In this document: one piece after another, positions 48,734 through 58,013 of the stretch
How positions within the stretch are numbered: the first letter of the stretch is position 1
Layout of the letters: every line of letters starts with the position of its first letter
Virus record (IMG/VR): IMGVR_UViG_3300023179_000042
Location: 32,001-96,000 of that record
Reading direction: 5' to 3' (one strand)
Length of the DNA stretch: 64,000 nt
DNA from: a virus
Translations under genes and position numbers: made by a program
Notes under the pieces: generated by a model
Seen by the model: only the letters and a program-made list of their open reading frames with translations
The model's database searches: none
What the model was told of the DNA's origin: nothing

Positions 48734-49687
48734 ATGGCATACACAATTTTAAACACAAATGGTACCACATTGACACTTTTGCCAAATGGTGAAGTTGATG
48801 ACCTAACCACAAGTATTTCCTTGGTTGGAAAAAATGTAAATGGTTATGGACAATACATTAATAATAACTTTATAAAACTATTAGCAAATTTTGCCAATTC
48901 AACTGGAAGCCCGCCAACAAATCCATTAAAAGGTCAAGTATGGTATGATACAACTGTAAAGGGACTTAAGGTTTATGATTCGGCTTGGAAAAAAATAAGT
49001 GGAGCAACCGTATCTGATACTTTGCCATCAAATTTAGGAACAGGGGATCTATGGTTTGATACAAATAATAGTCAGCTTAGAGTTGTTCTCGGAACTAGCA
49101 GTTTTGTCATTGGCCCTAGTATCTCATCCAAATTTGGTGAAGTTGGACTCACAGTACCTAGCACAACAATAAAAGATACAAACAATGGTGCGTTACAAAT
49201 TTCATTAATTAAGAATTATGGTAACACCGTTGGTTTTATATCACAATCGAGAACTGCGGTCAATGTAACAGATTCAACTTTATATTTTAGTACATCGACC
49301 ATAAACGCAGTTTCGGGTGTAAATATTTTAGGGGATCTACAAGTTATAGGTCAAACTAAAATAAAGTATTACTCTATGAGTGTTGATATTGATATTTTAG
49401 TTAATGGATCTAATAATAATATAACTGTACCTTCGCAGGTGTTAAATCAAAATGCTGCGATATGTGATCTTTTAGAATTTATGTATCCTGTAAAAACTGC
49501 TAAATTTTATCGAGAGCCTGGATTACCGTATTTGGCAGAAGCTAGAGTTCTTTGCCAATATTCTACGCCAACCTCTGGGTATCATGTAAGAAGATTTTAT
49601 GTTGAAGCAGGTATAAACACAACAACAAATTATTGGAAAGATTATATAACCACAGCATCTGGTGCGGTTCTAAATAGGGTGTTTTAA
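48734..49687 (+). CDS. Tail fibre/adaptor paralogue 2
   Basis: Same N-terminal module (NNFIKLLANFA...GQVWYD...GDLWFD). Confidence 0.75.
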   Translation: MAYTILNTNGTTLTLLPNGEVDDLTTSISLVGKNVNGYGQYINNNFIKLLANFANSTGSPPTNPLKGQVWYDTTVKGLKVYDSAWKKISGATVSDTLPSNLGTGDLWFDTNNSQLRVVLGTSSFVIGPSISSKFGEVGLTVPSTTIKDTNNGALQISLIKNYGNTVGFISQSRTAVNVTDSTLYFSTSTINAVSGVNILGDLQVIGQTKIKYYSMSVDIDILVNGSNNNITVPSQVLNQNAAICDLLEFMYPVKTAKFYREPGLPYLAEARVLCQYSTPTSGYHVRRFYVEAGINTTTNYWKDYITTASGAVLNRVF

Positions 49688-49696
49688 GGAAGAACA

Positions 49697-50713
49697 ATGG
49701 CCTACGATATTCAAAAGAGCGACGGTACAACACTTGTAATACTTGAAGAAGGATTTGTAGATAATTCTACAAGTTTAACACTGGTTGGTAAGAATGTAGT
49801 AGGATACGGTTTTGCTCAAAACGAAAATTTTTTACATTTGTTGGAAAATTTTGCTAACACAGATTCTCCATCAACGCCAATAGATGGACAATTATGGTTT
49901 GATAAAACATCAGGGGTACTTAGATTAAAGTTATATGATGGTAGCGACTGGCATCAATTATCATCAATTAAATTAGAAAATACAAGTCCAACGACTCAGC
50001 AAGCCGGCGATTTTTGGTGGGATACTGATAACTCAATTTTAAAATTTTTAACCAGTGATGGCTATGTTTCAATTGGACCAACTGAAGCGGTATCGTCAGC
50101 TGTGAGATTGTCGACTGCTAGAAAAATTAATAATGTTGATTTTGACGGAACGCAGGATATTACAATTACAGCAAATACAGCAAATGAATTAATAAAAGGA
50201 CGATATCTTACTGGATCTAATTTTAATGGCTCACAGGAAGTTACACTAGCTGTTGATGTGGGAACTGTAAGTTCTGCTGATCCAGGTAAGGTTGTTGCTC
50301 GAGATAGCGCCGGCGATATTTGGTATTCAGTTGGACACGGTGTTTCTACACAAGCTCGATATGCCGATCTTGCTGAAAAATATCTGGCCGATAAAGAATA
50401 CGAAATTGGTACGGTGATATCAGTGGGCGGAGAAAAAGAAGTTACTGCGTCATCGTGGGGCGATAGAGCAATAGGTGTTGTAAGTGGTAACCCTGGGTAT
50501 ATGATGAATAGTGAACTTGAAGGTGGTACCTATATTGCTCTTAAAGGTCGTGTCCCTGTAAAAGTTACCGGTGTTATCCGTAAAAAGCAAGGATTAATTG
50601 CCGCTAACAACGGAAGAGCCGTGGCAGGTGTATATCATTCGAATGAGGTATTTGCTATTGCTTTAGAAGATAGTGACGGAACAAAAGATACCATCGAAGC
50701 AATTATATTATAA
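49697..50713 (+). CDS. Tail fibre paralogue 3 with a C-terminal intramolecular-chaperone-like domain
   Basis: Shared N-terminal module; C-terminal YADLAEKY...GVVSGNPGYMMN...IALKGRVPVKV. Confidence 0.8.
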   Translation: MAYDIQKSDGTTLVILEEGFVDNSTSLTLVGKNVVGYGFAQNENFLHLLENFANTDSPSTPIDGQLWFDKTSGVLRLKLYDGSDWHQLSSIKLENTSPTTQQAGDFWWDTDNSILKFLTSDGYVSIGPTEAVSSAVRLSTARKINNVDFDGTQDITITANTANELIKGRYLTGSNFNGSQEVTLAVDVGTVSSADPGKVVARDSAGDIWYSVGHGVSTQARYADLAEKYLADKEYEIGTVISVGGEKEVTASSWGDRAIGVVSGNPGYMMNSELEGGTYIALKGRVPVKVTGVIRKKQGLIAANNGRAVAGVYHSNEVFAIALEDSDGTKDTIEAIIL

Positions 50714-50726
50714 TACGGATTAAAAA

Positions 50727-51962
50727 ATGCCTTACATTATTAGAAAAACTAATGGACAACAGTTAACAAATATCGGCGATGCTACTCTCGATAATAAAAC
50801 AGATCTGGCTTTGCCGGGAAGAAATTATGCCGGCTATGGACTTGTAGTCAATGAGAATTTTGTTAGTTTGCTTGAAAATTTTTCTAATTCCACACAACCA
50901 AAGAGGCCTATTCAGGGACAGTTATGGTATAACTCAGATACAAAAAATATTAATTTATATGACGGATCTATTTTTAAAAGCCTAGCATCGGTTTTTATTC
51001 AAAGTTATGCTCCAACAAATTCACAGACTGGCGACTTATGGTGGGATACAGATGCTCAACAATTAAGAGCATTTAATGGTAGTTCGTACACATTGGTAGG
51101 ACCACCGATTAGTAATACCGCTACTGCGTTTTGGGTATCGGCAGATGTAAACCCTATACAAGGCGAAGAAGAACTTCAATCATCAATTAGTGTCTTAGAA
51201 GGTTATGCCGGCGGCTCAGTTGTTGCAACTATTTCAGATACTACATTTGCGCCAGATATTTCAAATATTTCAGAAAGTTTTCCAAAAGTATATAAGGGTA
51301 TAACAATAGCTGGTGCTGACCAAATAACCGGTATATCAGCTAATTCAACAGCGACTACTGGTTCGGGTTATTTACTATGGGGAACAGCGGCTCACGCCTT
51401 ACTAGCAAATACTGCCAGGGCTGCTAATGCTGTTAATGTTATAGGAACTTCCACTGGCGGCAGTAACTTTTTTGTTCCATTTGGTGATGCCTCAAGTACA
51501 GGTACTGCCGCTATGTATGTTAGCAACCGTTTTTATTTTAATCCGGGTACCAATGTTTTATATGCAACAGCAGTACAAGCCGCGTATGCTGATATAGCCG
51601 AAAGGTACGAAGCAGATGCGGAATATAGTCCAGGGACTGTATTAATGGTAGGCGGAGAAAAAGAAGTCACATTGCCTGATGCTCATGCTACCACAGCCGT
51701 AGCAGGCGTAGTTTCAACACAGCCTGGATATATGTTAAACAGTGATGCCGGATCGGACAGTACTCACCCATTTATAGCATTAAAGGGTCGTGTGCCATGT
51801 AAGGTTATTGGACCGGTAAAGAAGGGAGATTTGCTCGTTGCTTCGGGACAAAATCCAGGTTCTGCTGTTAAAATGCTACCAACAGATAATCCTCTTTCTG
51901 TTGTAGGTAAAGCCTTGGAAGATTTAGATGCCCCGGCAGGGATTATTGAAATAAAAGTTTAA
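50727..51962 (+). CDS. Tail fibre paralogue 4 with a C-terminal intramolecular-chaperone-like domain
   Basis: Shared N-terminal module; C-terminal YADIAERY...GVVSTQPGYMLN...IALKGRVPCKV...GKALE. Confidence 0.8.
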   Translation: MPYIIRKTNGQQLTNIGDATLDNKTDLALPGRNYAGYGLVVNENFVSLLENFSNSTQPKRPIQGQLWYNSDTKNINLYDGSIFKSLASVFIQSYAPTNSQTGDLWWDTDAQQLRAFNGSSYTLVGPPISNTATAFWVSADVNPIQGEEELQSSISVLEGYAGGSVVATISDTTFAPDISNISESFPKVYKGITIAGADQITGISANSTATTGSGYLLWGTAAHALLANTARAANAVNVIGTSTGGSNFFVPFGDASSTGTAAMYVSNRFYFNPGTNVLYATAVQAAYADIAERYEADAEYSPGTVLMVGGEKEVTLPDAHATTAVAGVVSTQPGYMLNSDAGSDSTHPFIALKGRVPCKVIGPVKKGDLLVASGQNPGSAVKMLPTDNPLSVVGKALEDLDAPAGIIEIKV

Positions 51963-52846
51963 ACAGCCATTGATGCTTTAATAGCATCGTGACTCTTATA
52001 ATTTTCTAATTCAATATCCTCCATTGTAAAATCTGTAATAGTTTTTACTGAAGGATTAAGTTTTAATGTTGCCAAATCGAATGGCTTTCTTGCAAGCTGC
52101 TCTTTGACCTGCTCAATGTGATTGCTGTAGATATGAGCATCGCCTAACACAATAACAAGTTCCCCAACATCAAGGTCACATGCCTGTGCTATCATATGTG
52201 TGAACAAGGCGTAAGAAGCGATATTAAATGGCACTCCAAGAAACATGTCTGCGCTTCGTTGATACATTTGACAACTTAATTTTTTATCTGAGCTGACATA
52301 AAATTGTGCCATCATATGGCACGGAGGCAACGCCATATAATCTAACTCGCCGGGATTCCATGCTGAAATGATATGTCTGCGACTAGTTGGATCCTTTTTA
52401 ATACCGTTAACAAGCTCAAGTAGCTGGTCATGATTTTGTAGAACAACTTTATTAATACGAACTACAGGCCTACGCCACCGGCGCCACTGAACTCCGTAGA
52501 TTCGACCAAGGTCACCCGGATGCCTTTGCATTCTTTTCTTTGTCCAGTATTCGGCAGTTGCGTTTTCAGTCCATATAGTTTTCTTATCTGAATAGCGTTC
52601 ACCATGGAGAATTTCTCGGAGTCTGAACTCATCGCCACTGCCTTCAATAAACCAGAGTAGTTCCGATACTACAGCACGCCACGCTAATTTTTTTGTAGTT
52701 AACGCAGGAAATCCTTTACTTAGGTCAAATTTAAGTTGAATACCGAACAAACTTTTTGTGCCGACGCCGGTACGATCACTTCTGTCTTCCCCGTTTTCTA
52801 AAATGTTTTTTAAGGCATCTAAATATACTTGTTCTGATTTATTCAT
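51959..52846 (-). CDS. thyA: Thymidylate synthase
   Basis: DRTGVGT, ELLWF, MALPPCH, YQRSADMFLGVPFNIASY and GDAHIYSNH motifs. Confidence 0.98.
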   Translation of the reverse strand: MNKSEQVYLDALKNILENGEDRSDRTGVGTKSLFGIQLKFDLSKGFPALTTKKLAWRAVVSELLWFIEGSGDEFRLREILHGERYSDKKTIWTENATAEYWTKKRMQRHPGDLGRIYGVQWRRWRRPVVRINKVVLQNHDQLLELVNGIKKDPTSRRHIISAWNPGELDYMALPPCHMMAQFYVSSDKKLSCQMYQRSADMFLGVPFNIASYALFTHMIAQACDLDVGELVIVLGDAHIYSNHIEQVKEQLARKPFDLATLKLNPSVKTITDFTMEDIELENYKSHDAIKASMAV

Positions 52847-52860
52847 AATAATAGTTTATA

Positions 52861-52894
52861 TATGAGATTGGGGCTGTTACGCCCCAATCTCATA
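52861..52894. terminator. 14-bp perfect hairpin (terminator or processing site) between 52905..53537 and thyA
   Basis: TATGAGATTGGGGC-tgttac-GCCCCAATCTCATA; no clear U-tract. Confidence 0.6.
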
Positions 52895-52904
52895 CGGTCA
52901 ATAA

Positions 52905-53537
52905 TTAAACTTTTTCCTTGACCTTTGCGGTCTTCTTAGGAGGATCAAGCTCGTCGGCCTGACGACGAAGAGATTGTGCTTCTTTAAAAAGTTTATCAGC
53001 CTTTGATCGAAGTTGGGTAGCTGTTACAGGTTCATCAGCAACATCAACAATCTGAGCAACTTCAGTAATTTCTGTTTCGCTGCCATCCTCGTTTACACTA
53101 ACACTTGATGTTTTAGTGACATCGTCTTTAGGTCGAGATGTTTTCTTATGTTGCTTATCTTCCTTAACTGCAAGATCATCAATACTAACACCTTTTTGTT
53201 CGGCAATCAGCATATTCAATTCGTCTAATTGAACTGATGTTTGTGGGGTAGGAGTAACCATTACACCGCTAGTTGCTACCTTTTTAAGAAACCCACGAGT
53301 GTGGAGCCATGTTAGCATGTTAGAACCATCGGGAAAATTTCTAACGGCTAAGATGTCGGCCAGCTCCCAAGCAGTCTGTGTGCCTTCTTCTTCCAAGATA
53401 CGCATAAGAGAATCATGGTAAGCCGCTCCAAGATTGCCTGTGCCAATTACTAAGGCGCTCAACGGATCGCCAGGTAAAGTACGGTACGCAATGGCAACTT
53501 TTGCGCCGTTATTTTTCATTTTTCCCACATGTTTCAT
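52905..53537 (-). CDS. Hypothetical phage protein, 210 aa
   Basis: Strong AAGGAG SD; ORF fits the operon; no family recognised. Confidence 0.75.
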   Translation of the reverse strand: MKHVGKMKNNGAKVAIAYRTLPGDPLSALVIGTGNLGAAYHDSLMRILEEEGTQTAWELADILAVRNFPDGSNMLTWLHTRGFLKKVATSGVMVTPTPQTSVQLDELNMLIAEQKGVSIDDLAVKEDKQHKKTSRPKDDVTKTSSVSVNEDGSETEITEVAQIVDVADEPVTATQLRSKADKLFKEAQSLRRQADELDPPKKTAKVKEKV

Positions 53538-53549
53538 GTGATTCTCCTT

Positions 53550-53798
53550 TTAGGCTGTTGGTCGTTGACCTTCTTGATTAGCCGGGGTCTGTGCCGGAGC
53601 AACAGCATTCAAAAATTTATCAAGTCTATCAAAGACTGCGCCAACAGATGTCATTTCGTTTGCGCCAAAGGCACCGCGACGGCTTGCTACATCAAGCACG
53701 GTTCTTAGATTTTGTAGGTCGGCTACGCTTAATTGAGGTTGTTCTTGAGCAGGAACATCACCACCTACCGGTTCTGTAACTTGAGCTTCGTTTTCCAT
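53550..53798 (-). CDS. Hypothetical protein, ~82 aa
   Basis: Likely start MENEAQ at 53798 after an AAGGA SD. Confidence 0.7.
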   Translation of the reverse strand: MENEAQVTEPVGGDVPAQEQPQLSVADLQNLRTVLDVASRRGAFGANEMTSVGAVFDRLDKFLNAVAPAQTPANQEGQRPTA

Positions 53799-53799
53799 A

Positions 53800-54096
53800 T
53801 TAATATTTTTCCTTGTTAATATCATGTAAAATTGGACATCCTAATGTTAGCATTAAGATCTCTTTAGGATCCTCGATGCCAACCTCTATTACTTCAGACA
53901 TCTTTTTACTTTTGTCTAAAATAATAGATCTCTTAAGGCTGTACCTACTATTTAAATTATAGTTAATCCAGTGATCGAGCAGTTTGATATCGGCTGTATT
54001 AGATATTGTAATCCTTTTAAAGTGCTCCGGAATAAAACTTAAACGCCTTAGTCCGAGAACACTTAAAGGATTAAGCTCACTTCTACTCAATGACAT
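53800..54096 (-). CDS. Hypothetical late protein, 98 aa
   Basis: Preceded by TATAAATA at 54109-54116. Confidence 0.65.
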   Translation of the reverse strand: MSLSRSELNPLSVLGLRRLSFIPEHFKRITISNTADIKLLDHWINYNLNSRYSLKRSIILDKSKKMSEVIEVGIEDPKEILMLTLGCPILHDINKEKY

Positions 54097-54107
54097 TAAC
54101 TACCTAC

Positions 54108-55352
54108 TTATTTATAATGTGCAGTTTGGCCGAATGGCGAAATTATGCTGTCGTTTCCGTGGACAATAAACAGGGTTTCGCAGTAGTCTTCGTCGCCCCA
54201 AGATCCACAAGGATATCCGTCGGTAAACATAATAAAACGCTTTGGACGAATATCGTTTTCTTCCATAAAACGCCAATTTGCTTCAAAATCAGTGCCGCCA
54301 CCACCCATACATTTGTAGTCGTTAATTTCATCTGCGTTATCGCCGGTAAATTGTTGATAGTTATAGATTTCAGTATCAAAGCACCAGATATCCAGTTTGA
54401 AGTCAACATACTCGTCCATAATGCCTTTGACCTCACTAAGGAAATCTTTTGCTTGGGTATCACTGATACTACCACTCATGTCAATAGCAACACTAACATC
54501 GATGGTTTCTTCGTTAAGCATTCCGGGAAGTACAGCACCCGTATGTTGGCTCTTACGATTTGGACGATTAAAGCTATAGTTACTCTTAAGAATGCTTTGA
54601 ATACTCATACGCAAAAGTTGTCGCCAATCCATCTTTGGCTCAGTAAAATCCTTTATCATACGAGCGATGCCAGCAGGCACACGACCGGCGCCAGCAGCCT
54701 GTGCGGCCGCTACCACAGCTTCTTTAATTTCATCGCGGATTTGCTTACGTTCTTCGGCAGTTAATCGAGGCCGACCTTTGCCATCTTTTTTATCATCACC
54801 GTCACCGTCACCGCCTTCGCCGTCAAGATGTTCGTCGAGCAATTCACCTAAAGCGCTCATATCAATCTTGACCGCCTTTTCAAACACATCGGCATAAATT
54901 TGCTCGTAGCTCCAACCGCGGTATTTGTTGTCTTGGAAAATTTTAATCCAATCAGGAACACTACCAATTTTTTCATCGTGAAGAATTTGGTTAGCGGCAT
55001 AGTCTGCGGCAATATTGCTCAATTGAGGATCGCGACTTTCACGTCGACCCATATGATCGAAGACATTATGGAGAACTTCGTGAGCAAAACCGAATTCAGT
55101 TTCTTTAGGAGTAAGACGATGAACAAAGTCGTTATTGTAATAGAAATGGCGGCCGTCGGTAGCCAAAGTAGCGCACCAGTCAGTGGCATCAACCAATTTG
55201 AGACGAGTGGCTAGATTTCCAAAAAATGGATGACGCAGTAGAAGGCCAATACGAGCCGTGGTAAGTTTTTCTACAATTTTATTTTTTTCATCTCGTGTAA
55301 AGTTGCGAGGTTCAAATTTCTTTGTCTTTTCAGACTTCATTACTTCGCTCAT
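54108..55352 (-). CDS. Putative metallopeptidase plus VWA-like domain protein (DUF2201-like)
   Basis: TLATDG, HEVLH (HEXXH), acidic linker, DMSGS MIDAS, GGGGTDF and FTDG motifs. Confidence 0.85.
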   Translation of the reverse strand: MSEVMKSEKTKKFEPRNFTRDEKNKIVEKLTTARIGLLLRHPFFGNLATRLKLVDATDWCATLATDGRHFYYNNDFVHRLTPKETEFGFAHEVLHNVFDHMGRRESRDPQLSNIAADYAANQILHDEKIGSVPDWIKIFQDNKYRGWSYEQIYADVFEKAVKIDMSALGELLDEHLDGEGGDGDGDDKKDGKGRPRLTAEERKQIRDEIKEAVVAAAQAAGAGRVPAGIARMIKDFTEPKMDWRQLLRMSIQSILKSNYSFNRPNRKSQHTGAVLPGMLNEETIDVSVAIDMSGSISDTQAKDFLSEVKGIMDEYVDFKLDIWCFDTEIYNYQQFTGDNADEINDYKCMGGGGTDFEANWRFMEENDIRPKRFIMFTDGYPCGSWGDEDYCETLFIVHGNDSIISPFGQTAHYK

Positions 55353-55378
55353 AGTGCTTCCTCAAAGTTGATTGTATT

Positions 55379-55407
55379 ATTATACACGATTGGTAAAACA
55401 ATTACAA
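55379..55407 (-). promoter_or_regulatory. Sigma70-type promoter
   Basis: TTGTAA-N17-TATAAT. Confidence 0.65.
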
Positions 55408-55410
55408 GTG

Positions 55411-55435
55411 AAAATGGGCAGTTTCCTGCCCATTT
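55411..55435 (-). terminator. Hairpin/terminator after the MoxR gene
   Basis: Minus strand AAATGGGCAG-GAAA-CTGCCCATTTT. Confidence 0.65.
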
Positions 55436-55437
55436 AT

Positions 55438-56520
55438 TTACTGCTCCATGGCAACGATAACATACTTTCCGTATTTTTCGTAGAACTTATCGAAGTTAGC
55501 CAGTTTGCTAGAATCAAACGGAAGTTGATAGTTCGCAATAGCGACTTTGGCACCCATAACTACAAGTTCGGTTGGGAAATTGTCCATCATAAAACCAAAG
55601 AAGTTATCAGCAAGGCCGTCCCAATCTTTAACTTTCTTTTCGTAGGCGCTTTGAAGCTCGTAGCACATACTAACAGTCAAAGAGTACATGGCCGAAATTT
55701 CTTTAATATCGGCTTTCTTAACTTTGCCATTCAAAATGTCTTCGGGCTTAGGCATCTGCTTGGCAACCTTGCGGTGAGCCATAAACTTAACAGCAAGGCC
55801 TTCACCAACAGCACCTGCGACCAGATCGGTCAGCGTGTTCTCCGGAAGGTCGTCATCTTCCAACAGGTCACTGACAAATGACCAGCTACGGGGAGTAGCA
55901 AAAGAACGAGAGCTAGACTTAGGATCGAAGTCATATAGATCTTGTTTGGCAAAACTCAAATAACCAACAACCTGCTCATGAACACGATTGTTGGTGGCCC
56001 AATTGAGCCAATCGTCAAAATCGGTCTTCAGTTCCAAATGTAGGAAGCGGTTTGCCAACGGAGCAGGCATACGATAGGTAACACCTTTGTCAGCTTCACG
56101 GTTACCTGCGGCAACGATGCTGACGCCTGTTGGCAGGATGTAAGTACCAACACGGCGATTAAGAATAAGTTGATAAGCAGCCGCTTGAGTGGCAGGAGCC
56201 GCAGAATTCAACTCGTCCAAAAACAGAATACTGTTATCTTCTGGATCCGTAGGCAGTTCAGCCGGCGGAGCCCAAGTCATAGTATTAAGATCGGAATTGT
56301 AATAAGGAATACCCTTAATGTCAGTAGGTTCCCAAAGGCTCAAACGAACATCAATAACATTTCGGCCTTGTTCTTCGCCAATTTGTTTAACAATGTCGGA
56401 CTTGCCAATTCCGGGAGGACCCCACATAAAAACAGGGCGCTGAATTTTGATACACTTGCGAAGACTACGCTTCGCATCGCTCGGGCTAACAGTACGATTG
56501 CCGCTAATTTGTTCTGCCAT
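55438..56520 (-). CDS. MoxR-like AAA+ ATPase (dynein-related AAA_5 type)
   Basis: Walker A WGPPGIGKS, Walker B LFLDELN, AAGNR, PLANRF and TPRSW motifs. Confidence 0.92.
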   Translation of the reverse strand: MAEQISGNRTVSPSDAKRSLRKCIKIQRPVFMWGPPGIGKSDIVKQIGEEQGRNVIDVRLSLWEPTDIKGIPYYNSDLNTMTWAPPAELPTDPEDNSILFLDELNSAAPATQAAAYQLILNRRVGTYILPTGVSIVAAGNREADKGVTYRMPAPLANRFLHLELKTDFDDWLNWATNNRVHEQVVGYLSFAKQDLYDFDPKSSSRSFATPRSWSFVSDLLEDDDLPENTLTDLVAGAVGEGLAVKFMAHRKVAKQMPKPEDILNGKVKKADIKEISAMYSLTVSMCYELQSAYEKKVKDWDGLADNFFGFMMDNFPTELVVMGAKVAIANYQLPFDSSKLANFDKFYEKYGKYVIVAMEQ

Positions 56521-56576
56521 TTTATGCTTCCAAAAAAGTGTTTAAAAACTATGCTGAACCGTTTCAGCATGTTATT

Positions 56577-56605
56577 ATTATAGTTGAAAACACCCTGCGA
56601 GTCAA
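56577..56605 (-). promoter_or_regulatory. Strong sigma70-type (early) promoter, followed by a leader hairpin at 56551-56570
   Basis: TTGACT-N17-TATAAT; ATGCTGAA-ccgt-TTCAGCAT. Confidence 0.8.
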
Positions 56606-56985
56606 GCAGTTTTTTGTGAATTTTTGGCTTTAATCCGGACAAAATGTTCTATATTGCCTTCAAAAAGAACCAATTGTACAGCCATTTTATCGTTAAAAAC
56701 AAAGATTTCTCTGTTGTTTGCATACCACGGACAATCTATAAATCTGTCCAAATATATTAGTAGTTGATTGTTTACAGTCATAGGATGCTCAAATTTGATC
56801 TTATGACTCTTGATGTCAGCTTTGGTTAGGCAATCAAACCCTTGTTCGGTTAGTCTTAACCCACCTGATTTCTTTTTTCTTGAGCTAACCCACCAAGTGG
56901 GTATTGTTTGTCTTACACGCTTATCTGTAGCCTCTAATCCTTGAGATTCAAGAACTACTCGGGTAATTTTAGTCTTCAGATCCAT
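56602..56985 (-). CDS. Hypothetical protein, 127 aa
   Basis: ORF overlapping the upstream gene end; GGLRLTEQG motif; no function recognised. Confidence 0.7.
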   Translation of the reverse strand: MDLKTKITRVVLESQGLEATDKRVRQTIPTWWVSSRKKKSGGLRLTEQGFDCLTKADIKSHKIKFEHPMTVNNQLLIYLDRFIDCPWYANNREIFVFNDKMAVQLVLFEGNIEHFVRIKAKNSQKTA

Positions 56986-57268
56986 CTGTAAGTTTTTCTC
57001 CTGTTGTCAGTTTGAAAACGGAGAAGTCTTTAGTACCAAACATTTTATTAAGTTTTTCGGCCAGATTGATAGCGTGACCGGCATTTGAAAAACTAACTTT
57101 TTTGTATTTTGGACCTAATGCTTGAACAACAATGCTAGTTGTCTTTAGGTTAATTGGTTTATCTTGGTAGAACACAGCCCAAATGGCCTCTGCTTCTAAA
57201 ACCTGTTCGGTTTTAAAATTCTTTTTATTAGTAATCTCTAATAGAACGTTTGGCTTTGGTCTACTCAC
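56969..57268 (-). CDS. Hypothetical protein, 99 aa (GTG start)
   Basis: AGGAG SD inside a hairpin; TAAATA upstream. Confidence 0.75.
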   Translation of the reverse strand: MSRPKPNVLLEITNKKNFKTEQVLEAEAIWAVFYQDKPINLKTTSIVVQALGPKYKKVSFSNAGHAINLAEKLNKMFGTKDFSVFKLTTGEKLTDGSED

Positions 57269-57269
57269 A

Positions 57270-57302
57270 ATATACGCTCTCCTAAAAGTGCGTATATATT
57301 TA
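57270..57302 (-). promoter_or_regulatory. Late promoter overlapping an SD-sequestering hairpin
   Basis: TAAATA-TATACGC-acttttAGGAGa-GCGTATA-tt-GTG. Confidence 0.6.
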
Positions 57303-57312
57303 TCAAGAAAAT

Positions 57313-57537
57313 TTAGAATTTTCCGCCGTCCATTTTAACCTCAAGTGTACTAGGTTGGCTGGCCTGAGCTAGGATTTGATCCATTTCTCCAGTTAAGCGT
57401 GTCATTACAACACTTAGACTATTCTGAAGATCTGTTGCCTCTTTTAATGTCAAAACCACTGTTTTTTGATTGGTTTTAATAGCAATTCTGGTCTTATCTA
57501 AGAAATCTTCGATGGGTATTGTGTTTAATTGCTTCAT
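57313..57537 (-). CDS. Hypothetical protein, 74 aa
   Basis: Coupled ORF (ATGA overlap). Confidence 0.65.
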   Translation of the reverse strand: MKQLNTIPIEDFLDKTRIAIKTNQKTVVLTLKEATDLQNSLSVVMTRLTGEMDQILAQASQPSTLEVKMDGGKF

Positions 57538-58013
57538 GGCTTATTAACTCTTGAAAGCTGACTTTTCATTTCTTCTTCGGTCTTAAAAGGACCTTTAAAT
57601 GGATAACGCTCGAGTGTAATTAGTTTTGGACAGAATGCCTTACGCCAACCTTTGTGAAATTTAATTACATAATAGCCGGCGCAGAAAAGGCTTTTACTTT
57701 TTGAACTCTTAGAGTAAAGTGGCAGTTTTTGTTTAATATTATAAACGGGATCGAATGGTTTACTGCTACAGGGGTAATCGTAGATAACATAAGATTTGGG
57801 TGCTGTATCTGGTTTATGCTTTTTGATGCTTTCTTCAAATAACCCAACACCAAATTGGCTGTTAATTTCGGCAAGATCTTTAAATGGAATAGCTTTACCG
57901 TTTTTAATAAAAACATATCCTTTTTTGGCTTTACTTACGCTACCGATTTTTCTATCGTTAGCTTTGATTAACCATTCTTTATTTGGAACTAAAATCTTTG
58001 CTGTTGAATTCAT
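57534..58013 (-). CDS. Hypothetical protein, 159 aa
   Basis: Coupled to rnh (ATGA overlap); CAGYYVIKF...FCPKLITLERYPFKGPF. Confidence 0.7.
   Translation of the reverse strand: MNSTAKILVPNKEWLIKANDRKIGSVSKAKKGYVFIKNGKAIPFKDLAEINSQFGVGLFEESIKKHKPDTAPKSYVIYDYPCSSKPFDPVYNIKQKLPLYSKSSKSKSLFCAGYYVIKFHKGWRKAFCPKLITLERYPFKGPFKTEEEMKSQLSRVNKP

Noticed and set aside
46957-51962. Diversity-generating retroelement or invertible fibre cassette
   Set aside because: No reverse transcriptase or invertase in the window, no near-identical TR/VR pair seen, and all paralogues are co-oriented and diverged.
51959-51962. Convergent genes with overlapping stop codons (a similar abutment occurs at 11971/11973)
   Set aside because: Ordinary compact phage packing; no additional structure seen.
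51959-52846. Intron in thyA, or a dCMP/dUMP hydroxymethylase instead of ThyA
   Set aside because: The ORF is continuous and retains canonical ThyA motifs, including PFN with the dUMP-specifying Asn.
54090-56642. Long overlapping ORFs 54090..54764, 55372..55881 and 56170..56583
   Set aside because: They are antisense to the VWA and MoxR genes in a locally GC-richer region and show no recognisable motifs.
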